Positions 25,687 to 40,600 of a stretch of DNA of 64,000 nucleotides are shown in pieces (positions within the stretch are counted from its first letter, which is position 1; every line of letters begins with the position of its first letter). Source of the DNA: Phoronis australis (Eukaryota; Animalia; Phoronida); NCBI GenBank assembly GCA_002633005.1, contig NMRA01000791.1:69881-133880 (forward strand). The letters are read 5' to 3'. Position numbers and translations under genes: made by a program. The notes under the pieces were generated by a model that did no database searches, was not told where the DNA came from, and saw nothing but the letters and a program-made list of their open reading frames with translations.

Positions 25687-28600
25687 NCTGTGTAAGGGGA
25701 ACCTAGTTTCGCAGCCCCTACAGGTAAGTACATTTGCAATTTTGTGGCGTCGTTTTTACCCAAATATTCACGTACACATCATTTCTGCAGTTCACAGTCT
25801 AGTCTTTTAAGCTTTAGGCAGCCGTCTAATCCGGCTGCTTCATGTTCGTGATTTCTCCAATCCGGCCGCCGGTGACGGGACTAATTGGGTTCTGAGCCAC
25901 TGGTTACAACAAACATTTTGTGTGTTTAGAACTCAAAATATTAGCAAGTCTAAAATTACAATAGCCGGCCTTGCTCTCCTGTCTGTATTTCACGGAAGAA
26001 TATGATGAATTATCCCCGAACAGATCCAAACTTCCCGCGACCGACCTAGGCCTGTTGGGCTATTAAACTTTGTAGGCTACTTCTATAAATCCGAAACAGC
26101 GAAATAAAGCAACTCGTTTGTTAAAAACAATCAGTGTATGTGTTAAGGTTTGCATCGAACTTTGATGATTTACTGGTGTAAAGCGATGAAGTCGAATTAT
26201 AAGCTGACACTAATAAGAGTTTTGTGAACTGCTTTACAGACCGTGTTAGAACCTATTACGTCATTGCTTAATTTCATCCCTTCCATCTGCCGCCTGGTGT
26301 CAGGTAAAAGAACTGAACCTGCTGATTTGGAGTAAAATTACTCGTTCTAATTTGATACAAACTGTGTTGCTTTTTTTGTGTCATTCTCCTAAGTATTTTG
26401 GGGAGAATTGATCTTTTTAACAATTTGCTGTGTTAGTGAACACTAAGTCACAGTCACAGTTCAGCGACTCGATTCCTTCTCAAGGGCGCATGCATGTAGA
26501 TAATGTATATATAATGTAGACTCACTACTATGTTTTATCGCTTTCTGCGGCATTTTATATGCTGTGTACACATCGATGACTCGATTTTATAGGGGCTCGG
26601 TGAATGAAAGGACTGACGGTACATGCGAAACTGCTCTATGCCTGGCGCTGGGAGATTCGATTTGAGTGACAGCCCTGTGCCTTTTTATCTCGGATATGTA
26701 GTGAACAAATTTTCATGCCATTTTGCAGTTCCAAGGTGGTTCTGCTAAATCATTTTTTTCTCACTACATGATATGTATTTGGTAGTTCCCCGAGAATGCA
26801 GGTAAGGTATTTTGATAGACATGCATACTATGTTACAGTGTAAGTATTATAAAAACCGAATAATGTTTGAGATATTCTTAATGATAAATACTGTTTTGGG
26901 TACTTTTTGTTCAGTAAATGGTAACTGGACCGAGTGGGGAAGTTGGACATCTTGCCAAAGTCGATGTGGTGTCCAAACCAGGTGGCGACAGTGTACAAAT
27001 CCGCCTCCAGCCAATGGCGGACGAGGCTGCTACGGACCGGATACTAGCTTCAAACCATGTGGAACCTGGCCCTGTTCAGGTGATGCGATTTTACACCAAT
27101 TAAAAGACATCATGCTTGAAACAATAGAATCTACTCATTGCAACAGCAAGTATCTCCAACTAGGGTTTGGTCACGGCACCATACTGCCCCCATTCGTAAT
27201 GCTAAATGTCGAACTGGTCAGTTCCAATTCTTAAATTGTAATCATAAAGAGGTCTAAAACACAAAATATCGATGTTTTTATATGATCGATATTTTTTGTT
27301 TCAATTGGTACAAAGAAGTAATCAAATGAACGATTACAGTATACGGCTTAGCTTCTTTCATTTACCATGCTTTGGCGCGGTCTGTTGTATACACGTACAG
27401 CTGTATGTACAAAATCGCTGTTTTGTATATCTCTCGAGCATAATATGAGCTGCTACTGTTGATGAATATCAAGCATCAGTTTTCACGATTTATTTATTTA
27501 TTTATTAATTACTTGGTCATATATCTGCTAGGTTCCGCAATTTGCACCTTCGATAAATACGGTACCCACTTTGGAACATCACGTTGTTCATTCAGACAAA
27601 GCCAACGGGACAATGGAAACTTTTACGAAGGGTCGCCCTCGAACTTCAATCAGTATAATTCGGATCGCCGACCCAGCGTGGATCACACTTACGGATTTCA
27701 GTTCGTGACGAAAACAACCGGCCCAAGACGTTATCTGTGGTCAGGCCCTCACAATACGCCAGGGTCGTGGACCAACGCGCGTCTAAAACCTAACGACAAA
27801 ATCAGCCTTGAAGGATTGATACTCTCTCAGCACAGCACCTACTGTGTCCGTTTCTACTACATTATACTAGGTTTGTGCGTTTTAGTTAAACTAGTAGTTT
27901 TAAGAAGTTTATTTCCATAAGACTGTATAGCTATAATGCGAGTTTGGTACGGAGATCACGTAACTTCTTTGAAAGATATCACAATGCTTTTCAATCCCTA
28001 ATCTCGTGACTTCATTCTTTCCAGTCTTGCTTGTCATCCGAAACAACTCATCAGGTATTTTCGTAAACTCAATTTCCCTGCGGAACACCTCGGGTATTAT
28101 CTTAGCCTCAAATTTTCCCTCAGAAGTGAACTTTATCTGCCCTTGTGCAAACGTAAGTCCCATGGTCAATCATTGTCCACTTTAGACACGTGAAGTCCGC
28201 ACGCGCATGGATAACGTTGGTTCACCTCCCAGTGGAAAACATAGGCTATTGAAAATTTTGGAACTTATTGAAAATTTTCTTATCCTAGCCTCAGATTATT
28301 GTCCCTTGGCGGTGTTTCATTTCTGGGCGCGTGAGAACTTCAATCATTTCAGCAGACATTGAACATGAGACGCATAAAGCGTGCGAAAGCGCTTACTAGC
28401 TCTTTAGCCAGCAAAAGGCCTCGTATTCAATAAGTACCACAACTCCATGTTTCTAAATTTTAGGTCGGATGCTTGTTGGTATCAACCTTTACTATTCGTC
28501 AAACGGACGACGAGGCGATCAGATTTATAACGCTTACCGGAATACGAAATCTTTAGCTGCGGATTGGAAATGGGAATTATATGAGCACGAGATTGATCCG

Positions 28601-31600
28601 AATTCTGAAAATTCAAGGATCCGTTTCCCGCTCGAGGTATGACATAAATGCTAATCACGGTCAAGGTTTGATTCATAGAATTTACCCTGTATGCTTGAGG
28701 TGCTGAAGAATTTGTAATTGCTAAAGGCATACCTTATATTTGTATTTCGTCTGCTTATGCGATTGGTTGGCGCTTAAAGCTGCATTTTCATTGGTTAGCA
28801 AGCCTAAAACTAATCATTTTACCCTCATAAACCAAAGCGACCTAATAACAATCCTTACAGTGACAGGATTCTATTTCTGTCACCAATAAAAACACCGAAA
28901 CCATTCGGGACTCAAAAAACGCTTCAGAGTGCATTATGATTGCCAAAACATTTCGAATTCAGAAAAATCGTATTATTCACCTGGCGTGTGATGTTAATTG
29001 CCAGTTTATTCGGCAATAATTCAATGTGGTAATGTTGTTCAATCCAAAAGTGTTTCAGTGTTCAAAGAATTCGACATCGACAATTGAGAAGGAGCAAAAT
29101 ACAACCGTAAGAGTGCTGCATCAGTGGACAAGTGAGCCGCGTTCCGTAAACGCACGGCACTCGCTAACAAAGCTACAACGCCACGTGCAATGCCGGCGAT
29201 ATCTAGGGGAGACTTGCTTGATCATTCGTTTTGTGAAATTTTATGTGTCCACGGAGCGCAGCAAGCAATGAATCTTATTTTCCGCCTCTCTGTAATGAGA
29301 AGCCCACTTAAAAGGTATTAATTTTCGACAACATTGTAAATAATGAGAAGACAATTACGCTCTTAAATACATGTACGCTTAAGCAAACTCATCTACATGT
29401 GTAGTGGCCGGTATAACCAATTCCACAAAACACTAAAACATAGCAGCGTCCATCTTTGCGAGGGCTCACAATCGTAACTTACAAGGAGTAATCCAGAGCT
29501 CTGAAAGCGCTGGCTATCAAAGTCACTTGTACAAGTTTTTAGTAAAGTGAGGGCATTACCTTCCTGGCTAATTACCGCGCTACACCAAATACAGGTAACT
29601 ATTCTCATTGTATAGGTTTGGCCTTGTCCATTTGGATAGGTTAAAAACAATCTGTGAGATTTTTGTTAGTTTACACAAATTGTGTCTTAGATTGTTATCA
29701 GCGCTTTGAAAGGCCAAGGACGAGGATACGCTAACATAGACGACATTGTAGTCACTCGAGGAAAATGTCCAAGCAAGCCGGCTCCACCCACCCAGCCTCC
29801 GCCTACTGCCAGACCACCGCCTACAGGTAGGGTGCAGTAAAACATGAAATGCCATTGTGATCGGCTGTATTTGAAACCGTGCTCTGTGGAAACCTGTACT
29901 GTTTTCCTACTTAATGTTAACAGGCTTTGTCTAAGTGCTTTACCCAATTGGGAAGCAGTAGGCAGCATTTGTTATCACAGACTTGTTCAACCAGGCTTGC
30001 TTTTTAAGCAGGTGGCTTTGAAAAATCTGAATTGTCCAATTAAAAGAACGATATTGATACTGGGAAAAAATATATAGATTATTACATGGCGAAGTCGTTA
30101 TCCCCCGTTATCTAGAGCCCGAGTGGACTTTGGACAATTATCGCCCGAGGGGCGTTAGCCCCGAGGGTGATAATTCTCCAAACGACGATGAAGAAACACA
30201 ACCAATGTCTCCACGACAGCAGAAATTCAGTTTATATTTTATAAACTATGAAAACTATCTGCAAATTTCAAAATCAATAATTTAAAAGAAAATTGAGTGG
30301 CATAGCAATCTGGGCTCAGACCGTGCAACATTGATGAGAACCTCAGCAGTCAAAATATAACATTTTTTTAACCATGCATCCCCAATAATGGTGTAGAACT
30401 GAATGATTGACGAAATTATGCGTATCTCCTCTACTAGGGCCTCATTTGGAATGTAAAGAATCCAGTCAAATAATAATGCTCAATATATTTCCAGTAACAG
30501 TGTTAAATCACGATATTGGTGGACCTACATCGGGACAGTTAATCATTCACGATCAAAACATCAACAAAAACGTTAACTCGAGAAATCCCCGACAGCAACT
30601 ACCTGCAAACTGTGGGAAGGGAAGTTAGGACTATACGATATCTTCTCTCAGTTCATAACTCAAATTTTGGTCTAATTCATAAGACCGAAAATGAAAGTAG
30701 ACAAGGCACAATGCCTGCCGGTATGCTACAGGTGCCCGACTGGTAGCATCAGGCGCTCGTTTTTTCCCCAGTCTCTGAGGTTGTCGCCCAAGAATTAATA
30801 GTGCTTGAACTACGCATCGTCATTAGCCTTGTGCAATGTCAAATGAACTTTTTTCACTTGTACAAGAATTTCAATCACCGTTTGGGACAGAATCGTGTTG
30901 TTACCGGTTGCTAACACGAAATCCGGCCTGTTTGGTATCCACAACCTTGTGTGAGCGAAGTCAGCCACGGTATTCCGTTGTACACATCTTGGAATCCTTT
31001 CAATTGTTTTTTTTTTTTGTAGTTTAGACGTTATTATAAGCCGTTGAAATTCAGCACCACCTGGAAGTCGACGATGTGGTCATCGTAATTGCCGTTATGG
31101 TTCTTAAATATATTCTTTGTTACGAATCACGTCAGGATCACATAAAATGTTTAAGTATGCTAAGCGTTCCTGTTGTTTGTGGAGTTTTGATACTCGGACA
31201 AGTGTGTTTTGAACGGCATTTACATTCCTTATTTAACGCAGTTTCCTGTAAACATGTAACCCCTTATTCTTCCTCTTCCAGGGGGTGCATGTTTGAACAC
31301 ACACGGTACAAGTCAGTGCAATGGTTGGGCCACCAGAGGAGAGTGCGAAAAAAACAGGACATGGATGCGTACGAACTGTGCTCTGGCTTGCGGCGTCTGT
31401 AGTAAGTTGTGGATTCTTTATAGTTTAGAAGATTAAACGAAAAACTTAAAACTAACAACTCCTCCGCTGACTTGTTAGGTGCCGTGCCCTTAGAATTCTG
31501 TCCACTCATTTCTCATTTCTTGTAAGGTTTGGTTAAAGTTTAGGGTGACGTTTTGTATCGTTTGGTATGAGACATCTACTGGTATAATAATATGTCGTGC

Positions 31601-34600
31601 ATTGCTAGGTAACTACAAGTGTACAGCAATTGTATGCCGTTATTCAAAGATATATTTCGCATTTCTTTAAAAATGGATGATTTTCGACTAAAGTCGCGCC
31701 TTAAGTCTTGGCTTTTTGGTCAAAATCTGATATTTTTACACCACATGTTCTTCAAACTTGTGTCATCTGAGTTCACCACAACAGACTCATCCTATCGATT
31801 TTCTTTTTAAGGTACACAACCTCCACCAACAATACCACCAACAGGTAACTATGTTAAGCGGCATTCAGACTGTGAATTAAGGTTATTGTTCCAAGTAGAC
31901 TGTCCGTAAAATTAATTTAACTTTGTTCGTACGGGATGAATCACGACTACAAACAGAAAAGTCGTTTCTTATGCATGACCAGGGTTTGATCAAACAGGAC
32001 AACAACACTGAGAAACTCCGTTCAGACTGTTGTTGAATTCCTTTGAACACCTCCATCGTTATATTACTTAATGCACTGTACATTTCATATGAAAACAAAA
32101 CTAGATGTGTTTAATCGATTCAAATCGTTCTGACTTTAATTGCATTTTATGAATAACTTGGTGATAAAATAGCTGCAGTAAGCTATTCTTGTTTGTCGCG
32201 AAAGAAGGTGTGTAAGACCAGGGTCAATTTCTTAGACGTAAAATCCTGTCGAACGAAGTTAATAGATTACGTGCTTCTCTTGTACTTCATAGGAATATAT
32301 CGCGAAGTACTACATGACCTTGCGTTTTTGGGTCTACGAAACTCACGCAAGAGCGAGATTTACAGGATGATTACAAGAATTGTGCCGTGAAATTTTGTTG
32401 AAATCTGTAGTTTTTTGTGATTGGTTTTGACGTAAAATTTGGCCGGGCAATGAAAGTTGTGGCTTGAGAGAGTGGCCATTAAGACTGTAAACAGAAAGCA
32501 GTTGATAACCAAAACGACATTTGTTCAAGTATGTAGGCTGCACGTCTAAGACCCATTGAAAATGTAGCTGTCACGAAAACTACTTTGTCACCATTCGTGT
32601 TTTTTCGCTGAGTTCTACTTGCTTGTTATTGTAAATCGACTTCATTGTCATTTTTTAAACGCTTAGCGTTCACCTGTGCACTAATTGTTCTGATATTTCC
32701 ACCAGTGGGCCCTTGTGGGAACAAACACGACACAGAAGAGTGCGCTGCATGGGCCGACACTGGCGAATGTGACAAGAACTCCAACTGGATGCACGTTAAC
32801 TGCGCACTGGCCTGCGGAAAATGTGGTAAGTGTAAAGTTCCTGGTCTGAATTCAAAGGGGTCCTGAACACCTATAGATGATGTTTTGATATTGCGACACT
32901 GGAGAAATATAAAATGGCTTATTAATTCTATGCTTGTCGATAGGCTTTGGGAAGTTTTCGAACCATGCGGAAACCGACAAAAACCAATTTTGGTATTTGT
33001 GGACCTCTAGTTGCTTTTTATAAAAGTTCATTAGCCGCTTGAAGTCAAATATTTCGTCCTTTGTCATTAGCGTGTAAACATAGAACAATAGCACTGGAAT
33101 GACAACTTCGATTTCGCGCTGCTGAGGTTGCGCCGCGGATGCGTGGCATTTGTTTGCATTGGTTTGTTCCAGTGCCAGTGTTGATTATATTGCGTTGGAA
33201 TTTGCTGGCAACGAAACTTTTCGCAACTTTTCGTCGTTTTCAAACAAATCCCATCAGAGTCATGAAAGTCTTTCATAAGTTATTGATGTGGATTTTTTCC
33301 AGAAACAAAAGATAAATAATTTATTTCATAAACAAATATCATTACGCGTACCTGACAGGTTGAAAGTATTTTTTTAATTCTAAAAAACGCGAGTGTTAAA
33401 AAAATGCGACAAATAATTGGGTGTAATAGTAACATAAATTGAAAATGAACTATAGAGGCTATCTAAATTACTAATTAAACGTTCAGAGATGATTCAAGAC
33501 ATTTCTACCCTATCAAGATAACGATTTTTTTGGAATGTGAATCCCTCACAGTTGCTGTGAAGCATTTAGTCGGGGATTCATCCAAAATTATACATCATTC
33601 TGAATTAATTGGACCTTCGGTGTCGTTTGATACACTTCTTCAGGATGCAGATATTTTCAAAAATGTAATAAACTAAATACTTCTACTACCAATCCGAAAT
33701 TTGCAAATTAATGCTATCTGATAGATAAAAAAAATTAGCGAACTTCTATTGTGTAGGTTTGAAAGATATTCTGGATAGATCATTACATAGGTTGCAGTGT
33801 AGGAATTTCCTTAGTAGTTTGTAAATAAACTCATTTCTTCAGAAAATAAAAATTAGTGATTCTGACACATGCGGTGTGTAAATAAGAGAGATTGGGACTT
33901 AATTTTATGATTTCTGTGTTACTAAAGACCATGGACTCTGCAAAATAACAATATTCATGACAAACTGAAACATGATCACCTGTTCCATATCCATCAACGT
34001 CCGAGAATGAAAAAAGGGACAACTGGATTGAAAACCGGGACTTCTGGATAAAGGGGGGGGGGGGGTGGGGCATCTGGTTCTATACCAAAACGCAAGTGTG
34101 AAATGTTCGCTGCAACACACAAAAACGTTCTTACAGCATTTTTTTGTCGAACGGGAGATTTTGCACCTAAAAGCTCACGACGGCTTTTTTTTGTTTTTTT
34201 AAGTCGATTGGGCAATTGCGGATGCCTCAAAAACTCTATTTAGGAAAATAGTGCGGTGTCTTGTGGGAATTTACAGTAGTATAGGATAATATGCCTGTAT
34301 CGCCATGTGTCAAGAAGCGGGATACTTTAATTGTGTGACGGGTTCGCTGGAAAAATTCAAAAAGGGATAGTCCGACAAAAGCAGGACAATTGGCAAGTGC
34401 AATGTAGGCTGTCAACATCGCAAACTATTGGATTGGGGTTTTTACAAGGTAAACTTTTCATTTCATTTTATATATTTTATTCCACGGCTGTAGGTAAATA
34501 CTACACTGATCAGAAATGGATTTAACAAAAAAGTATCTGGACACCAGGTAAGCATTGCACAAATGACTTACAATAGAAAAGATCTTTTAAGAGTAATAAT

Positions 34601-37600
34601 CTATGCGAACACACATACACAGACACACGCACACAGATACATGCACACACACACAAGCACGCACACACGCACACTCACACAGACACACACACACGCACAC
34701 ACATACACCAGCTTGCTTCTGATACACTTCCTTTAAGGGCAATTCTGTTTTCAAATTGCATTTTTCTTCAGAGTGGTTTCGTTATATGAATGTTGCAGGC
34801 TCCATCTGTCAGTTTAATTGATATCCTTCATTGTAGAAGTAGAGTGTTCCAACATCCACGACACTGCGGCGTGTGACAGATGGGCTGCAAGAGGGGAGTG
34901 TGTCAAAAACCCTCGATGGATGTTACCGAATTGTGCACTGGCGTGCGACGAATGCGGTCAGTGCTTGGTTAAGAATTTACTGCGACACTATTAGGACAGT
35001 TTATGCTAAAAAATAAGCGCTTCAGTAAAATGGATGTGGAAGGAATAATGACAAAATATTCCCATCACTCATAAACCACTTTAATGTGTGAGCTTAAGTG
35101 CAGTATGCGTCATGAGGAGAAAATGCACGTGTCTTGGCTTTTCAATTCTGCACCCTGTTTCAGTCAATTGAAAACACTTAAGTGTTTAGTATAATACAGT
35201 TATCTAACAGAAATGCCCGATATCCCAACATAAGATAGTCACACGTTTGCGTTCTGTAGATCACTTTTCTAGTGAGGAAAATGATGTCACGTAAGAGTTC
35301 TAGTAATATCGTCTTGCATTGTAAGCGTGATCACTCTGACTTACTCCAGAGTATCTTTCGTCTAAGGAACGTCTGCCTGATGATGTATGCAGTAAGGCCG
35401 TTCTGTAATTGCATAGCAACACTTCCATTCTAAGATATTTACCCACAGTGCACTTCTGCTTTTTCACATGCAAGTGTACTGAAAATTAGTATCTCATACC
35501 CTAATAATGTATGGAATTCATCTCTGTAATTCAGACAAACTTTTATTGAGTTACAATGCTGTCACCGAGAAATTGGCAAAAGAAAAATATCAGAGCTGGG
35601 TGTGTCCTCCTCAACTCTGGTGCTGGTCAGTGCATTTTTCTATCTCCGAAAATAAGGAAACTTCAGTTCAGGACCCGTGTCTTGATAACGTGCAATGCGT
35701 CTTCCTGGGAAAGAGAAAAAAAACAAACAAACCCAGCTCAGGAGAATGGACGCTTTGTGACCAAACAAGTTCAGGATTCGTAATTGGAATTACTTATGTA
35801 CATTAAATGGATCCGAAATCAAAAATTGTATTTTTAAAAGTGAGAACATCTTCTTTTAAGGTACAGGTCCGAGACCTCAGCCAACGACACCCGCAAGGGC
35901 GACGACGGTAGCGCCAAGGACTGCTCCCCCATCTGGAGGTAATGTTGAAACTACGCCGTGGCCGAGTAAAATGACCTAGTGCACCTAGAGTGAGCCCATT
36001 TCTGAATTTCTTGAAAGGTCGAAAATCTTGGCTATTCATTACTTTTGTGAAGTTGATATGCTTCTAAGGTTTCCTTATCACTTCCAATTAACGACGTGTA
36101 ATAAATACTTGTAAATCGGTAGCTGGAGAAACGTTCAAATTTGACTACAGCACCTTCGGAAGGTCATATCTCAGAAATGGATCCTAATGAAACTTTCACA
36201 TACTGTACATGTACTTCATTTAATGCTCTTGTATGGCAGCTTATCAAAAACAGGAGGTATTTGCGATTTGCATAAACCAGAAACCAAACAATATTTCAGA
36301 AAATGGTGACAGCGTTTTGAGATTTCATCTTGAACATTTATATCAAGCAACAATTGGGCACGCAGTTGATACCGTTGTTTTCCTATAGCGGGGAGGGAAT
36401 ATATGCAGATTTGCAAAAATTGCGCACTTTGTGACAAGTTTTTGAAATTTGGTACAATGTTAGGTATAAGCAAAGGAAATTCAAAAAACACCGCAAACAA
36501 AGTGTGCTGACCCCCTGGTGGTCGCTACGCGCAAAATTCAATATGGCCGCCGCCGAAAATGGAAATTGGCGTATCTCAGTAATTATTATCACTAAACCAA
36601 ATTCTGATATCATATTTTCATTACTTTTGGGGTGCGGAGTTCATATCTGGTGTTAGTTTTATGTTTTGTGGCCAATTCCAATGCAAAATGATACTTTTAA
36701 GGCAAATGTCATTTACAAAAAACTCAAATTTATGTTTGCCCTCACAGAAGTTAGTTTGCTTAATTAATGGGTATATCGATGTGATTCGCCGCACAAAATC
36801 GTAAAATTACCATTTTTCAAAACCAGATTTACACTGGTGCAGGCAACTTCACATTTGCACAATGTGGTACACAGAAATCCAGCTCGATGGCACTTACAAT
36901 TGCCTTTGCAACCAACAACACAGCCGCAGTGGAGAAGTAGGGAACACATACACTTGGCTAATATCTTCCAGATCTGTCCATTATGGCACCCATTTTTTAG
37001 TTCTAGCATTCCATACACAACCCCATTGACCTGGGTTTGGCATCTGGGTTTTTTTAGCAAGCGACGTGCTTGGAGCGACTTGAACATCTTGGTGATGAAG
37101 CCCGTATTCGCTTTGGTACATCCCAGTTTGTCAATACCTTTCTTCAAATCAGTGGGTGTTCTGTTGGCGAAAGTAAAGGAGTTGGGCCTTGGGATGACGT
37201 CAGACTACAGTTCGGTAGCAATTTCAGTTTTGGTTTCAATAAACCTTATGAATTAGGTTTGACCAATGTCGTTGCTGCTTAACGTTCGTAGAGAAGCATG
37301 CATCCTCAAACTCGTCAATTAATCTCAACACTTCTGTCTTTGAGAGCTCAACCATTTCCATCTCTCCTCGTTAGCCATAGAGTCCATTTGCACCACTGTG
37401 CCCTTCAAGAACTTGATACTGCACTGTTGGCTCTAGTCAAGAGTCATCAAAGAAAACTTCCTGTCACTACGTTGAACAGCAAATTCCCCTTCCATGAGAG
37501 CTTCGTGCACTGAAGGGTGGGTCATATCCATCAGGAAACAGGCAACCAGCGTGCGTGATTCGTATTTCCAAATGCAAAAACTGTGGACACATTTCTTCAC

Positions 37601-40600
37601 AGGCTTTCGCAGTCAACAGCCAATTTCCCAGCCTCTGACCTCGAATGAAGTGAAGTTAATGTGTAGGTAGTCTCTCAAATTTTCTAGTAGCAAATTGTTG
37701 GAGCATTGTTGACTCGTTTTCCCACACATCAAAGCGTTCGTAATTAAGCCAGGCAAGCGTGAGCTGGTATGCATATCTGGTACGCTTGATATGTTGTCCA
37801 CCCAGAAGAGATGATCCAACACCAGGAATGAAGACATTGGCCAGGGAGAACACGTGGTCTCATCCAGATCCATCCATCAGTGTACCTCCACACTCTTGAG
37901 ATGCCATGTCGAGCATGCCCATGATATGAAGCATACCACTTTTGATTCACCGACCTCATCAGGGTACATCTAATGACAACTTTTCTGCTGAGCATAGAAA
38001 AGACAGTTACCTTCTATGTCTGGAACTTGACTAGGATTTACAAACTTTGGTGCCTTCTTGACCACAGGCATTGCGTGTTTCTGCATGGTCATTGTCAAGG
38101 CATTTTCATAGAAAATGGAAAAAACCAACTGTCGCCCTTGGCCTGATGTTTTCTGAAGGTTGGTAATGTGAAAAGAACCCAACGTAGGTCACTGGAATAT
38201 TTTGTAGTTGTCGCTCACGTTCAGTAAAAACATTGTGCACATGATTGAGCCATGCGTCATCAAGAATCTCTGCTCGGGGATTTTCAGTGAAGGAAGGTTT
38301 GGCTTTCCCCTTTGGAGAAGGTAGGAGCGTGATAACTCCAGCAAACTCATCAATGTACGGGAGAATGGCAAAGTCATCAAAAAGCTTGTAATTGACGATA
38401 TCAGCAGCATGCATCGTAAGGGGTGGGGGTACAGCCCAGGGTTTGTATGAGTGGGATGACTGGTTAGAGAAATGACAGTACCATGGAACTCAATGCGACG
38501 AGACTCATCAATATTATCAACTGCGGAAAACCCCCGCTTGAAATTTGAAGGCATAACGACTGCCTCTTCGGTAAACCGTTTTGACACTGATAGAGTAAGT
38601 CCCATTCTGATACGAATGGCACGATCGTAAGAAACTGAAATGCCTAACTCATGAAAAGTTCCACTTATTCCCTTCTAACGATCATTGGCAGGCAGCTTCA
38701 ATCCCACATATAGCGGAAAGGGTGTCTCTCCTTTCGTTGATAGATGGTAGCTTGCTTTGCTAGCTTCGTTTGCGGCATTGCTGCATAACAGTTGAGAGAT
38801 AGTGCAAGCGATTTCATTCTGGTGCTGATGTTGCCTTGGGTCTTCTGCCATTTTCTCCTCAATAGAGTTCGAACTCTGAAGTAAGACATCTAGAAGGGTC
38901 AGAAGAGGCTTCGGAACTGGCTCACTGGAACAGTTTGAATTCAATGACCCATTGAGTGGCACTTGTAGTCGAATACCTTTACGATGCAGGACACCAACTT
39001 CAGCAATCTTCTTAGCCTCGTCCCCCCGTAACCTCGACACGTGCATTCTCTGTCACAGCGGCGCTAACTTTGTTCTTATGAGAGATGTAAATATCTCCAC
39101 CCATTGAGTATTCAGACCAATCACACCTTAGCTTTTCTATAATATGTTCTTTGAACCTTTTTGGGTGCACGTGCACACCAATTCAATGAGAGTCCAGCTG
39201 CTCCAGCCGAGTATCATGAAGCTTTCTCAATTCAGCAAGCTTGAAAGTGCAACGGTTGAACTTCACAAACGCTACTAGCTGAGCGATTACCAAAGGATCG
39301 TATTGCTGACTAACGTAAGTTTCCTTGGCATACGACGTTTGGGTGGTTCGAGCATCGTTCTTCAGCTGCATGAGTATAACATGATAAGTGATAATGAACA
39401 TCACCAGCCTTAGGGTCAATAGCAGTGTTTAAAAGTACAAGAGTCATCCAGGACTTGGATTCTGTAGCCTAGCTGTTCAGGGATTTGCTACAGTTTTGAC
39501 TTCTCGCTCTTTATGTTTGTTCATGGTCTTCATCTTGAAACTTTCACAGCAGACGACACTACATATTGGTGCGATCCACCGTTTTTTCGGACTCGATTTC
39601 TATTCACTATCAGAGATATTCCTGTTCTTTTTTTCCAATTCCCGCTGTATAATGTATGAGCGGAAGAGTCGTCGGCATCCGTTGTGGTATTTGGCTCCAT
39701 TCTTTAGCAGTTTATTTGCTATTCCTGAACCATCATCCAGGCTCTCCAAGTTCCGACTCTCATTGGTAAAGGTACACCATTGTCGGCAAAACGTTTCAAA
39801 CCGTTTTCAGGGTTGGTACGCACTTTAGTGACCCTTCCTTTTATATAGGCATCGTAATTCTTTGTGGGATTGTTCTTGGCGAAGACAACATGCAGTTGGT
39901 GACCTTTTTTAGGAATTTTGAAGGGACAGTCGTCACTTATGTTGAGGTATTGTTTTAAACACAAATGGGCGGAGATATGTCTTAAATAAGTTAAAATAGG
40001 TAAAACTAATTACTAATTAGCTTTACAGGCATTATATTCGGCCTGATTCCAAGCAACAAAAATAATAGATGTAAGAGTGAAGCTCCCCGGGACCAATTGT
40101 TTGACATTTTCTATCCGGTGACAAGCGTTTGATATTTTCAGTCCAGAGACAGTGTACGAAGACTTAAATAGCCTCAAAACATAAAACTATCATCAGAAAT
40201 GAACTCCTCACACCCAAAAATATTGAAAACATGGTTTTCAATATACTCTAGTGATAACAATAGCTGAAATACGCCAACTTCCATTTTCGGCGGCGGCCAT
40301 ATTGGATTTTGTGCGTAGCGGCCACCAGGGGGTTAGCATAATTTGTTTGCGGTGTTTTTTAGAAATGTTTTACCTATCCCTAACATTGTACCAATTTTCA
40401 AAAACTTGTCACAAAGTGCGCGATTTTTATGAATTCCCTCTCCGCTACTATGAATATACCTTTCTATTTTGGCAAGGTTTACTAAAAGGCCTGGTCACAT
40501 GACCCGTTTAACGAGAATTGGTACAAGGTCAAATGTAAATCCTACTGCGTTTTTATTTTAAAAAATATATACTTTTACTGAAGTCAGAATCTGCACTTAT

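Noticed and set aside
26729-26801. Candidate exon ending in a strong CAG|GTAAGG donor
   Set aside because: 73 nt, frame-breaking and contains a stop; may belong to a degenerate SINE-like repeat (26592-26760) that I cannot verify.
27909-28169. 86-aa minus-strand ORF with protein-like composition
   Set aside because: No recognisable motif; intronic; needs a database search.
34494-34547. AG...GT-bounded 54-nt candidate exon between the ShK exons
   Set aside because: In-frame TAA in the required phase.
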